DNA from: the human T2T-CHM13v2.0 reference genome, Homo sapiens | Direction: 5' to 3' (one strand) | Assembly: GCF_009914755.1 (NCBI RefSeq) | Contig: NC_060937.1 | Length of the DNA: 64,000 bases | Part shown: positions 13,624 to 26,121 of the stretch, in pieces | How positions within the stretch are numbered: the stretch's first letter is position 1 | Layout: each line of letters opens with the position of its first letter | Notes under the pieces: generated by a model | What the model saw: the letters and a program-made list of their open reading frames with translations, nothing else | The model's database searches: none | Told to the model about the DNA's origin: nothing | Program-made: the position numbers and the translations under genes

Positions 13624-14262
13624 CCATATAATCCAGCAATTCCACTATTGGGTCTATATTCAAAGGAAATTAAATCAGTATATTGAAGAGATATCTTCAC
13701 TGCTATCTTCATTACAGCACTATTTACAATAGCCAAGGTGTGGAAACAACATAAGTGTCCACCAGGGATGAATGAGTTTTTAAAAATGTAGTATATAGAC
13801 GCAATGTAATACGATTTAGCCCAAAAAAGAAGAGATGCCTATCATTTGCAGCAACATAAATGAACCTGGAGGAATTTATGCTATGTGAAATAAGCCAAAG
13901 AGTCAAACCTGTGGAAGTAGAGAATAGAACGGTGGTTTTCAGGGGTAAGTAGTGGGTACAGGAATACTGGGTAGGTGTTGATTAAGGAATAATGAATTGA
14001 CATTAGATAGGAGGAATAAGTCCAAGCGATCTATTATAAAACATACTACATATAGTTAATAAGATTGGACTGTATATTTGAACATTGCCAAGACATTAAA
14101 TTTTAAATATTCTCCCCCTCAAAATAGTGATAAATATGTGAGGTAATGCATACATTAGTTAGCTAGATTTAGCCATCTCACAATGTATACATATTTAATA
14201 ACAGCATGTTATACAGAGTAAAAATATATAATTTCTATTTGCCAATTAAAAAATAAATAAAA
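13624..14262 (+). mobile_element. L1MA-type 3' end
   Basis: ccatataatccagcaattccactattggg...gataggaggaataagt...A-rich end. Confidence 0.85.
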
Positions 14263-16004
14263 GAAATCTGAAAAAGGGCAAACTAAACACAAAATAAGCA
14301 GAAGTAGTAATAAAAATTAGAGCAAAAATTAATAAAGTAGAAAACAAAATATAAAGAGAAAACAACGAATGCAAATATAGTTCTTTGAAATGATTTTTAA
14401 AAAGTAGGTAAATATTTAGCTAAACTGACCATGTAGAAAAAGAAAGAAAACAAAAATTACCAAAATTAGAAATGTGAGAGAAGATATACAAAAATTTAAA
14501 AGGCTAATAAAAGAACATTGTTAATTACTGGTTTCATCCATTAATACAGTACAAATATTTAAATGTCAAAAATTAAAATTTGTATAATACATATAATGTA
14601 TATATGAATAATTATGTTTTGTTTTTTAGACTTTTATTTGTTTCGTTGACTGCGTGCACTTTGGGTTTTGCAATTTTTCTATGTTGGCCTCATGTATATG
14701 TATCTGTATTAATATATTATTTCTATTGGGCATAGTATGTATATGGACATACATATAAACGTTCATACATGATTTCACTATATTTTAAGGAAGTAAACTC
14801 TTGGCAATTTGTTGCAATATTTTTTCTCAGACTGATTATTATTGGCTTTATAAACACATTTAGGTTTTATTAGACACACATATTTTCAGGATTTATTTGC
14901 ATTCCATTTTACCAATCTTTTTGTTTAAAATATTTGTATTTTATGTCAAGTACCAAAGACTTTCCTAGGTCACACTTGAAAGTATACATTATCTTTTTTT
15001 ATTAATATTAATATGTTTGTGTCTAACACATTACATCTTTACTACTTTTAGAATTTATGGACATATTAATATTTTCAAGATTTACTGCTTTGCTTTTGGT
15101 TTTCATTCCTTGCTTGTCTCTCTCCCCTGTCCCCCTGCTTTTTTTATTCCTAGTCTAATTTACTGATTGGCTTCTGGCCAATTCACTTTTTTGCCTATTC
15201 TAGTAAAGTACTTAAATTAGTCAAATCATTAAATTTACCTGGGTGGGCAAATATAGTACATCTAAAATGCAGATTTATAATGTTTAGACACACTGAACAA
15301 AAATACATAGACTGATTCCCTCCTTAGATGCTTCCTCAATTTATTCTTTGATCAAAATTATGTTCTGCATCTCAGATGTTTCTCAATTCCCTAGGTTTTT
15401 CATTAAAAAATTAACATATATATGTAGATATATGTACATATACAGATTGATATATTTTCACATAAGAAATCATCTTTCTTATTTTTAAGACCAACTCATG
15501 CATAATTAAAATTCACCATTAGGAAAATTATTATAAATTTACTAATCTAAACATAATTAAAGTCATTATGAAAGCTAGCAGTATCCTATGCCATGTAATG
15601 AGAAACAATTTTGGTTTTCCTTTCCATTTGGTGACTAATGTTAATAATTCATTTATTTTTAATTTGTACAGCTTTTTCCCTTTGGCTCTGACATTTTTAG
15701 TTACTAATTAGGAATTAATGTAAGGTGTGTGGGGACTTAATAAGGACTTTCATAATGTTGATGAATACATATTTGCTAGGGAATTAGTTAATATTATTCT
15801 AGCCACAGTGTGAATACAATCTGCGTAATCCACACATTGCCCTCATGTAGACACAGTCCTGATACTTGTTTCCATTGTTTCTTTAAAACTCAGTGAATCT
15901 GTGTTATCAAAGATAATTTATTTTCAAGTTACACACAATACCACACTTCAGAAATTAAATAGATGAGTGAGCATCACTGTTCAGGTAGTTCTTCAGATGG
16001 CAAT

Positions 16005-16142
16005 TTTAAAAAATTTTTGTGGGTACAGAGTAGGTGTATGTATTTTGTGGGTACATGAGATGTTTTGATACAGTCATGAAATATGAAATAAGAACATCAT
16101 GGAGAATGGGTTATCCGTCTCCTCAAGCATTTATTCTTTGAT
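16005..16142 (-). mobile_element. Severely 5'-truncated L1MA 3' end (about 138 bp) with TSD
   Basis: tttttgtgggtacagagtaggtgtatgtattttgtgggtacatgagatg; 13-bp TSD ttcagatggcaat at 15992-16004 and 16143-16155. Confidence 0.85.
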
Positions 16143-17476
16143 TTCAGATGGCAATATTTTAAAGAATTGAATCAAGATTTTTTTAGAGTACCGTATATTT
16201 TTCAAAATAGCATTTATAACTAATATAGTCTCCACAAACATTAACTTATCACCTTTAAATGTATAGCCTCTAATTAGCTATCATGTTAGCATAAATGTGA
16301 TTTTCTTCTATTTTAATATAAATTGATTTTCCTTAAAACAGAACCTTATGTTACTACTTTATTTTAAAATTAAGAAATATAAAAATTGTTCATGTTTTAA
16401 TAAAATTTCTGAATACTTATGAGTAATTTAATTTGATAGTGATTAAAGTTTGAAAAAAGCCATTTCATATTTGCACTTTATACATTTATGAATTCATACA
16501 AATTTAAAATAGTGTTGTTTTATTGCTCTTATAGTTTTAGATCACTAAAGATCATCTACATAAAAAGAAATGTATATTTATTAAATTACATTTTATTGTC
16601 CTACTTAATTTGTAAACAGAAAATGAAACCTGAGAGTATGTCTCAGTATATGATTTGGATTTGTCATGATGGTGACTGGTATGCTTTAACAAACAGAATC
16701 TAACTCCTACTTATTGGGAAGTAGGGCAACCACACTTCAAGATTTAATCATTTTAATTATAATATTATTTTAGCAACATTCGTTCACTTGAAAAAATGGA
16801 TAATTGTATAAGTTTGGAGATATTAATGCATATACAAGGGTTTGTGTTTTATATCAGTTTACATATATAAATCAATATTTTAGAATATCTCTATTTGAGT
16901 GCCTATGTGTGTTTTTGTGCATGTGTGTGTGTTGCGTGCAAACTTATATTTGTATTAGGCAGCTATAGTCATCTGGGAAGCCTCCCAGAAGACATATTAA
17001 ATATTCCTTAATAAATAAGTATGAGAAAATCCTTTGAGGGGATCTTTATATGCCTTCAAAATTCTTGAAAAAAAGGAAGAATCCACTGAAAATTATGCCA
17101 ATTAGAATAATAATTAAAGTGACTGGAACTTCTCTTTTTCTTACTTTCATTTAGAATGATGCAAACTATTATCAAAAGTAGCCATTTTATTCAGTGCCAT
17201 ATGATTTTGTACATAAGATATGTTGTTATGCACAGCGACTCCCATGCTATACTATAAACAAGGTTATTGAGTTTGCATACTGAATGTCATAATGCATGTG
17301 CCTTTGGCTTTGGAATTTCTTTTTACACTAAACTCAAAGTATTAAGATCACTACACTTTGAAAAATATATAAGATTTCATTTTTTAAAAAAGAAGCAAAT
17401 GCAATAGGTAAAGTGAAACAACCCTGATAATCTCAGTACAAATGTCATTGGCCAAGAAAATGCAGAGCAAATGATA

Positions 17477-17958
17477 TGTCAACAAATCCACTGAAAAAGA
17501 TTTTCTTTTAAGAAAATCCAGAGACTTTACTCAGGTAAATAGTTACAAGCTAGGGAGAAGCAGCCGCTATACAAAACAAAGAGAGAACAAAGAGAGGGGT
17601 TACAAGAGAGAGGTTACCTTTTACAGAGAAATGTTCCACCCAGGTTTTCACTCCGGTTCACTTATGCAAATACAGGATGCAACCTGCTTAATTATCATTG
17701 GTTAATGCTTTCTGAGTTCTGATTGGTCAAAACTTGCTGATTTCTGAGTGACTGATTCAGGTCAAAGTCTATTGGCTAATTCAGGGACATAAACAGAAAA
17801 GGACAGTTATAAAAATCTCCAAGTTAACCAAGTGGGGGGATTTTCCAGAAATGCAGAGCAGTGTGTTACCTCTAGTCAACAAATGATTGCTTTGCTCATT
17901 TAGGCCCAGTTAATCACTTAGGATCTATCTTGAAAAATTGGCTCTTTGAGGGTTCACA
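17477..17958 (-). mobile_element. ERV1-like solo LTR (subfamily not resolved)
   Basis: Minus strand reads TGTGAACCC...TTGTTGACA; several CCAAT boxes; LTR-like length. Confidence 0.6.
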
Positions 17959-18132
17959 GGAATAACAATTAAATCTACAAAGAAATTAAAACTGGCTAGG
18001 GATGTAGAATGATCATGCTTCATAGTTTTAATCTTTTCTTTTTTTGTCTAGGCATAATTATTAGAAGAGTCTCTCTTACTTTCAAAAGTGTGCTAGTTTG
18101 AAAGACATGTTCTGTGATTCTCCTATATATTC

Positions 18133-18722
18133 TGTGACCCAAAATATCTGAGACAGGTCTCAGTCAATTTAGAAAGTTTATTTTGCCAGGGTTAATGATG
18201 TGCCAGTGATACATCTTCAGAAGGTCCTGATGACATGTGCTGAAGGTGGTCAGGGTACAGCTTGCTTTTATACATTTTAGGGTGACATGAGACATCAATC
18301 AATATGTATAAAAAGTGCATTGGTTGGTCTGGTAGGGCAGGACAACTCAAACTGGGGGCTTCCAGGTTAGAAGTACATAAGCGACAAAAGGTTGCACTTT
18401 TGAGTTCTTGATCAGCCTTCCACTGAATACACAATTTAGGGTGACTCAAGGAGTCTGCATTTTTACATAAACCATAGGGCAGAGGAAGGAATCAGCTATG
18501 CATTTGTCTCAGGTGAGCCTCAGAGGGATGAATTTGAGTTCTGTCTGTCCTTTTTTCACAAGGAATTTCCTTGGGTGAATTGTGAGGGAGGTATGTAGCT
18601 TATCATTGTAGCTATCTTGTTTAGAAATAAAATAGGAGCCAGGTTTGCCTGACATAGTTGCCAGCTTGACTTTTCCCTTGGCTTAGTAATTTGGGAGTCC
18701 AAAGATTTATTTTCCTTTCACA
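18133..18722 (-). mobile_element. MER4A/MER4A1 solo LTR (ERV1)
   Basis: Minus strand begins TGTGAAAGGAAAATAAATCTTTGG; + strand aaaatatctgagacaggtctcagtcaatttagaaagtttattttgcc is diagnostic of MER4A. Confidence 0.9.
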
Positions 18723-21700
18723 GCTGTTATCACCAATTTCTGGATAATAAAATAAATAGTAATTAGCCTCATAATGTACTATGTTTACTGTTCTAGTATT
18801 CAGACATTTATTTCAGAGATTTATTTCAGAGATTAGGTTTTTCCATATTTATTTAGAGAGTCATTTTCATTCTACAATTATAATTTTTTTTCTTCTTACA
18901 TGAAGGCTGTATATTGAAGGAGATTATGGTAGGATAGACAAGAGTTGGATAAACACAGTCACTGAAAATGACCTCTGGTTAAAATGAATGTTGGAAAAAA
19001 TTTTTAAATCATTTTGATAAACTTTTAATTCACCTTTATAGCTAGTAAAATTGAGAAGTCCACAGTGCTTACAAAGATTTCCAAAGAATGTTAAGGAATG
19101 ACTAGAAATTATATTGTATTATATGGAGTAAATTTAACATTGTTAGGGAGAAAAAAAATCTGGGGCATGCATCTTTCTTCAGGGACTTAGTAGAAAACAT
19201 TATCTTATTAGAAATGTGGTTGATAAAGAAAATAACATATAGGTGGAAAAATAAAGTTAGATGGTATTAAAATTAAATATGGTAGAGTAAAAGAGATTTG
19301 TACATATCTATAGCCTTCTGAGAAAGAAGGAATTAATACAATTAGGTGTAAAGATTGCCTCCAAACAGGAGAGAGCCTTCCTACTGTGACATGGAGAAAA
19401 GGATGAGAGAACAGGCATGGTTATATAAATTGTGTAATTGCAACACAGTGGGTTTTAGGAAATTTACGTAGGTAATGTTTTCTATTTTGTCTAGAAAATG
19501 AGAAGCCAGGCATTCTGTTTTTATGAAAGAATATAAGTTTAATAAGATAGTGCCAAAAATAGGAATAATTGTTCAAGGGTACGAAAGGAAACTGGTAATT
19601 GAGAACAAGTAAACCAATTAATGGGTGGATTGAAATAAACTTTTATGTTGGTTTTAGATAATTACAGTAAATGTTAGCATGCTTTGGGACTGGCTACATA
19701 GAATTGACTATTTTCCTAAAAGCAGAAAGTATTTTTCTTGATTAGTCAATAAAACCTCATGTTCCTGAAGTAATATGTGAATAAATTTTATATCATCCAT
19801 GTTAAATGGTAATAGTTAAAAAGTTGTAAAAACATGAACACAATTTTAAAATTATTTTTCTCTTTTTGCTATGTTGGAATAGTCCTATATAATACTTGTA
19901 CATTGTTAATATAGGTATTAATTGTTTTGCCTTAAGATCTGAGGAAAAAAATTAGTTATTTTTTAAAAATTATCTGCTGCTACAATATAATATATTAGAT
20001 CCAATTTAAACTGCATCTGCCTTTAAACATAGCTTGTTTATTTGAAAGCTTTTTCTTTACTGCTGTCATTTTGTATTAGGAGGGGAGGTGCATTAATTTA
20101 AGAGCAAATCCTTTTGTTCTGTCGCTTTCATGCTCCACGTCCAAAATCTCAACCTGTGGATTACAACGATTTCCCCCTCCCTCAGAATGTTTTCTTGTAA
20201 CACAAAAAAGGAAATGCAAATGAAATTCGAAATGTCTAGCTGTTTAAAAACCAAAAAGAAACAGTTTGCTTCAGCTCAAAACATATGTGTTGTCCTTGAG
20301 TGAGGATTAGGGCAATTAATTTTGGTTGTTTCCCTTACCTGAAAAATCAATCAAGCAGTGATGATATCATCAGGTACATCAAAGGTTTTAAAGAAAACAC
20401 AGTAAGCAAGACTTAATTATTGCACTCACACACAGGGGGTGCACTCTAGGAGCCTAAACTATAAGGCAGATTAATTTTCTTTCCCTATAGCAATTGCTAT
20501 AGCAACAAAATCAAATTGTATGTTAGAACAAAAATCTACAAACTTTTAGGGCAAACAGTTGATACATTGCACTTGCAATTTTTAGCATGAAAGGATAGCC
20601 ACCCAAACAAAGTGTTGAATGATTAGTTCCACAAAAGGTCTAGTTTAATGTACATTGAATAGATCTCTGATTGTTTTAAAAGGGGAGAATCTTGGAAATA
20701 TCTTTGTTAATGTGCATCATGCAAGTCATTGCTGAGGATAGTATTTCTTCTATATAACAGAGTACAATAAAACCTTCTCTCCAGAGTTAATGAGATTTTG
20801 TAGACAGCACTTTTTAAGTAAGGAGTTCTCCTCTTATAAAAAGCTTAGTCTAGCAAAATAGAGTAATTCAAATTTTACTTTGTATTTTATGACGATTTTG
20901 GCTTTTATAATTTTTATGTATGCAATATATAAAATTAATTGAAGCAAGAATGTCTGTTATATGATTCATTTTATGTGATGCAGTTATACATATAAATAAT
21001 AGACTATTGTAATATGGCACAATGGAAATTCTCTAGCATATTTGTAGAGATGAAAAATTAGTATTATTGCCATTTTATGTAATATATTTCTAATTTCTCT
21101 TACTTTTATACATAATTGTTGTTAAAATGTTAAATATATAATTTTTATATTGATACATTTTTAGGACAAAAATTGAATTTTGTAGTAATAAGCAGTCTTG
21201 GTGTCTGTGCTTTTGGGTCAAAACTGATGGACTTTGGAAACCAACTATGTTTGAATAATATAGGTTCTCTCTTAATGAAAGCTCTTTTCACTGACAATAA
21301 ATGGTTGCATCTTAAAAAAGGTTCTCATTAAATATAAATAAATAAGAATTTTGCATGTAGTATTTTATTAGATAATTGATAAAATTTTCAAATAATTGCA
21401 TGTGATTTGTTTTAAGTAGCCAGATCTGACTTTTCAAACATTTATATATTTCTTTCATTCTTCCTATAGACTTCAATTTTTCTTTCTTTGGGATAACCTT
21501 CACATTGTATAGCACTTACATAGTTTGAATTAAATTCATCCCACTTCAGATCTAAGGGGGGCCCTCATTAGCCTACGAAAATAACTATTAATCCACAATC
21601 CTTGTCACCCAGGCAATCCATGGTTTGTTCCTGAACAGAGCAACTAGATTAGATAAGAATGCCTGTATCTATTTGATGCCATTTCAGCAAATACCAGGAT

Positions 21701-23270
21701 TTCTGGTATTCGTTATTTTTTAAAATTACTGATTGGATAAAATCATTGTCCTTCATACCCCGCCCCCTGTTTTCATGGATGAGCAAAGAAGTAATGCCTC
21801 TGTCTTGGTTATACCTTGTAATAAGTATGGGCTCGCTACTGAATAAAGCTGCCATATTTACAAAGTGTAGATAGAAAACAGTAACACCCTGGGAAATGAA
21901 AGCATTGAATCATTCAGAACATTTCAGAAGCCTGGAAAGTTTTTAAGCTTTTCAAATATCTTAATTCTAAGTGTTTTAGCAACATGTGCCAGTAAATCCT
22001 ACTTATTTAATGTCATTTGAGTTAGGTTTTGTGTTATTTAAAATGTATAATCCTCACTAATATAGACTGTTCTTAACTATTGATTAAATTCTCCAATTTA
22101 AAATTTTAAAAAACCCTTAGACTCCATATGTCATCATGACATGCTATATACAAATAAAGCAAGAATACATAAAATTGAACACTTGACTAACACTTAACAT
22201 TTATTTATTTCAAAGTGACTACCTTCTAAGAATATTTTTAGATTATAAAGAAGTTAGATTATTGAAATAAACTGCAGGCACAAAACATTTTACTCGTTGC
22301 AAATTGGTATGACCACTCAGCAACTCTACTATTGGCAAGAGTATTAACACATTTAAATGTATGCTTTAATTTGTTTATAAAATCAGCTTGTCAACAAAAT
22401 TACATTAGGTAAATGCCAAACTATACCCCGTCCAATTTTGCCACTCTCAGAGAAATACGCTATTAATAATCTGAAAAAAAGTACCAGATGATTTAAAATG
22501 CACATATGAATTGTTATTAATATTAGAGCTTATTATATGCAGGTAGTTTTAGGCACTGTGACTACCTATGAGTAAAACAGACAGTAGTTCTTGCCTTATT
22601 GGAACTCACTAGCCACTAATAATTCAGATATTTAAAAATGAGCAACATTGCATGTAATTATGTAATGACATAGTGCTTTAAAGAAGAGACTGGTAACATA
22701 AAGAACATAATTAGTCGCTTCTCTGGAAGATGGGAGTCAAGGCTTTTTCCTGAAGATATTATCTAGGCAGCAATCTGTGTGATAAATAGTCATTAGAGTC
22801 ATGGAGTAGGTGTGGAGGAGTATAACGGGCAGAGATCAACATGGTGGGGACACTTGTGTTAACAAAAAGAGAATAATAGCTTCCCTTAATCAGGAAAATG
22901 AAAGAAAGTAATTAAAGAGAGAGCTTAGTAAGTAGTTACCAAGAGAGTTGTGCAAAATGAGACCTGAGAAGTGGGCAGGAGGCAGATCATATAAAGGCTC
23001 ACAGCTTCCTTAGTTGTTTTTGCATTTTCTTACAAATCCACCATAAATTTATTAAAAGACTTTAAGCAATTGGGTGCTGAGGATCAAGTAAAAACATGAA
23101 GTCATTCATTAGCCTATTGGTTAGTAAGTAGATTTAAAGAGATTAGCAGATAAAGAAAAAAAAAAAAATCCCAAAACCAACCCAAACAAAAACCTGTTAA
23201 AAGGCTTCTTACAAGGCATTAATCAAGTGCCATAGCTTAAAATAAGTACTGGTGGTTGAACAGAAATTAA

Positions 23271-23271
<1 letters not shown>

Positions 23272-23301
<30 letters not shown>
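23272..23301. repeat. (TG)15 microsatellite
   Basis: Direct read. Confidence 0.97.
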
Positions 23302-23302
<1 letters not shown>

Positions 23303-23315
23303 TGAAAACACAGCT

Positions 23316-23386
23316 AAGTAGAATTGCTGAGTCACATGATATGTGTATGTATAACTTTATTAAAAATTGACAAACTATTTTCCTGA
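23316..23386 (+). repeat. 71-bp local copy of 24269-24339
   Basis: 68/71 identity, ungapped. Confidence 0.95.
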
Positions 23387-25846
23387 TGTGGTGATTGGTT
23401 CAATATTAGATGAGAGAGAGAGATTTGAAGATGAAATTTCTGTTTCTGCAATGTAACTTTGGGTAGCAGATAGTGTTCTTTTCTGAGTGAGAGAAGAGAG
23501 GAGCAAGTTCATAAATGGGGAGTGTAGATTGAAAATTGGGAGTTCATATGTTCTATTTGAATGATTATGAGACACATCAGTCCCGTAACACCCAGAGATG
23601 TTAAACAGGTAATTTGATATTTAGGTATGGAATTTAGAAACTATATCTCAGAGGAATTTGGAGACAGCCTTTATGTTACTTAGGTAATAAACTCATATCA
23701 CTACTTTACACTATGGTTAATATTATTTTTCTAATTAACATACAGTAAAATTGACTTTATGATATAATTGTATAAATTTTTACATGTGTGTAATTTCATT
23801 AACCACCACCATAATCAAGATAGAGAAAGAACGGTTTCCTCATCTGAAAGGCACTCTCTTGTTATCCCTTAGTAGCCACACACTTGCCCTATTCCTAATT
23901 CCTGACAGGCACTGATCTGCTATGTCATTATGGTTTTCTCTGTTTCAGAAAATCATATAAATGGAATCACAATAAGTAACCTTTTGAAACTAGCTTCTTA
24001 TACTTAGCCTTTAATGTCCATCCAAGCTGTTGTCGTCTACATCAACAGAACCTGTCTTAGGCAAGTGTCTTGGTGCATCTAAAGCTAAATATACCTTTTT
24101 TAACTCTATTACTTCATTGTATGAATTCACTGCAGTTTATCCATTTACCATCTGAGGGACACTTGAGTTGTTTCCAACTTTTCAATCTTGTAAACATAAC
24201 TTCTGAAAACACTTGTGTGCAAGTTTTTCTATAAACACAACTTTTCAATTCTCTAGGGTGAATCTGACAAGTAGAATTGCTGAGTCACATGATATGTGTA
24301 TGTATAACTTTATTAAAAATTTGCAAACCATTTTCCTGAGTTGCTGTAAGTGTTGCCACCCAGTAAGCTCTGTGTGTAAGTTCCATTTCCTTTGCATCCT
24401 CACTAGCACTTGATACTATCACAGTTCTTATTTTTAAGCCCTTCTAATAACTGTGTTGCAGAATCGCACTGTGAATTTACTTCCCTAGTGGAGAAATGCA
24501 TTTCTTTGCCTTCCACATATACACACACCTTCTTTGATTAAGGTCTGTTCACGTGCTTTGCCTCGACTCTTCCCAGCATTTTCCCATTGGATTGCTAGTT
24601 AGTTCTTCACCATTTATTTTTGAGTCATCTTAATTTTTGGTGGGTGCAAGTTCCTTTTCAGATATGTAACAGGAAAATAATTTTATCCACTCTAAAGCTT
24701 ATCTCTTCATTCTTTTAATAGATTCTTCACATAAAAAGGTTTAAATTTTTGGTCAATTTTAATTTATATATTTGTGATTTATGATTTGTCTATTGATGTC
24801 ATGTTTATGAATTCTTTGCCTAACCTCTGATCATAAAAAAGTCTCCTATGATCTCTTCTAACATTTTTATAATTTTATGTTTTATCTTTATATCTATTAT
24901 TTTTGTGGTTGATTTTTGTAAAAAGTATGAGAGTGCTATTAAGTTTCAAATGCATACACATAGATGTCCACTTGTTCCAACATCATGCTGTTATTAAAGG
25001 TGACCACCTCAGTAGTCTTTTGTTTTCAAACCTTGGTCATAAATCAATAGTCATCTTTGAGTGGCAGTCTCAGAAATCTTTGTTTTGTTCTATTGATCTA
25101 TATGTCTCTCCCTTCATCAATACTACGCTATCTTGTTTAGTGTAGCATTATATTCCGTTATAAATTCAAATAGTTATAAATTCTTTTATTTTAAAACTAC
25201 TTTGCTATTTTAGTATCTCTGCTTTTCTATTAAATAAGTTAGAATCAGCTTGCCTGTACTTACAATGTAATCCTGCTTGGATTTTGGTTGATATTGTGTT
25301 TAAATCTGTAGACCAATTTGAGAGGATTGACCTCTTTACTATGTTGAATATTTGAATCAATCAATAAGCTCAGACTCTCTACAAATTTATATCTTTTATT
25401 TATTTCTTTTATTATTTTAAAAATGTACTTAAGTATTTTTAAAAATAAAACTTTTTAACTATTTAAGTTGGCTGGCTCAAATGGTATTTTTAGGCTGGAT
25501 TCTCATTGGTCACTGTTAGTATATAGGAATATTATTAATATGTGTACGTTAAATTGTTGAACTGGTTTTCTATAATTTTAATGAACTTATTAGTTCTGGG
25601 AGTTTCTTTCTATATTTCTAGTGTTTTCTTTGTAGCTAATATTTTCTATAAATAGAAACAGTTTTTTTCTTCCTTTCCAATTGTTATGTGTTTTACTTAT
25701 TTTTCTTGTCATTTTATACACTTGAAGTTTCAGTATATCAGTATAACATTGAATAGTATTGATGTGAGGAATTGGTTCATTTAATCTAAGTCGTCAAATA
25801 CATTTGCATAGAGCTGTCTGTAACATTCCTTCTATTCTATGTTTTT

Positions 25847-26121
25847 AAGATGGGGTCTCACTATGTTACCCAGGCTGAAGTGCAGTGGCTCTTCACAAGA
25901 ACAGTCCCACTCCTGATCATTATGAGAGTTTTGACTTGCTCTGCTTTCAATCTGAGGCTTCACTCCTTCTTAGGCAACCTGGTGGTATATTAATGTCAAA
26001 TTTAGAACAGACATTGGATCAGCATAGAGCATTACAGGCCAGAACTCCTGGACTCCAACCATTCTCCTCCTGCCTCAATCCCCCAAATAGTTGGGGTTAC
26101 AGGCATGTGCTGCCACTCCCG
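25847..26121 (-). pseudogene. RN7SL: 7SL (SRP) RNA retropseudogene including S domain
   Basis: Non-Alu central 7SL sequence present (cccactcctgatca, gagttttgacttgctc, cttaggcaacctggtggt, gatcagcatagagcattacag); short flanking repeat attcctt (25825-31 and 26122-28). Confidence 0.9.

Larger units (their letters stand above)
22520..23680 (-). mobile_element. Degenerate L2
   Basis: Purine-rich antisense L2 motifs (cttgccttattggaactcac; caggaggcagatcatataaaggc; gagatgttaaacaggtaatttgatat). Confidence 0.55.
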
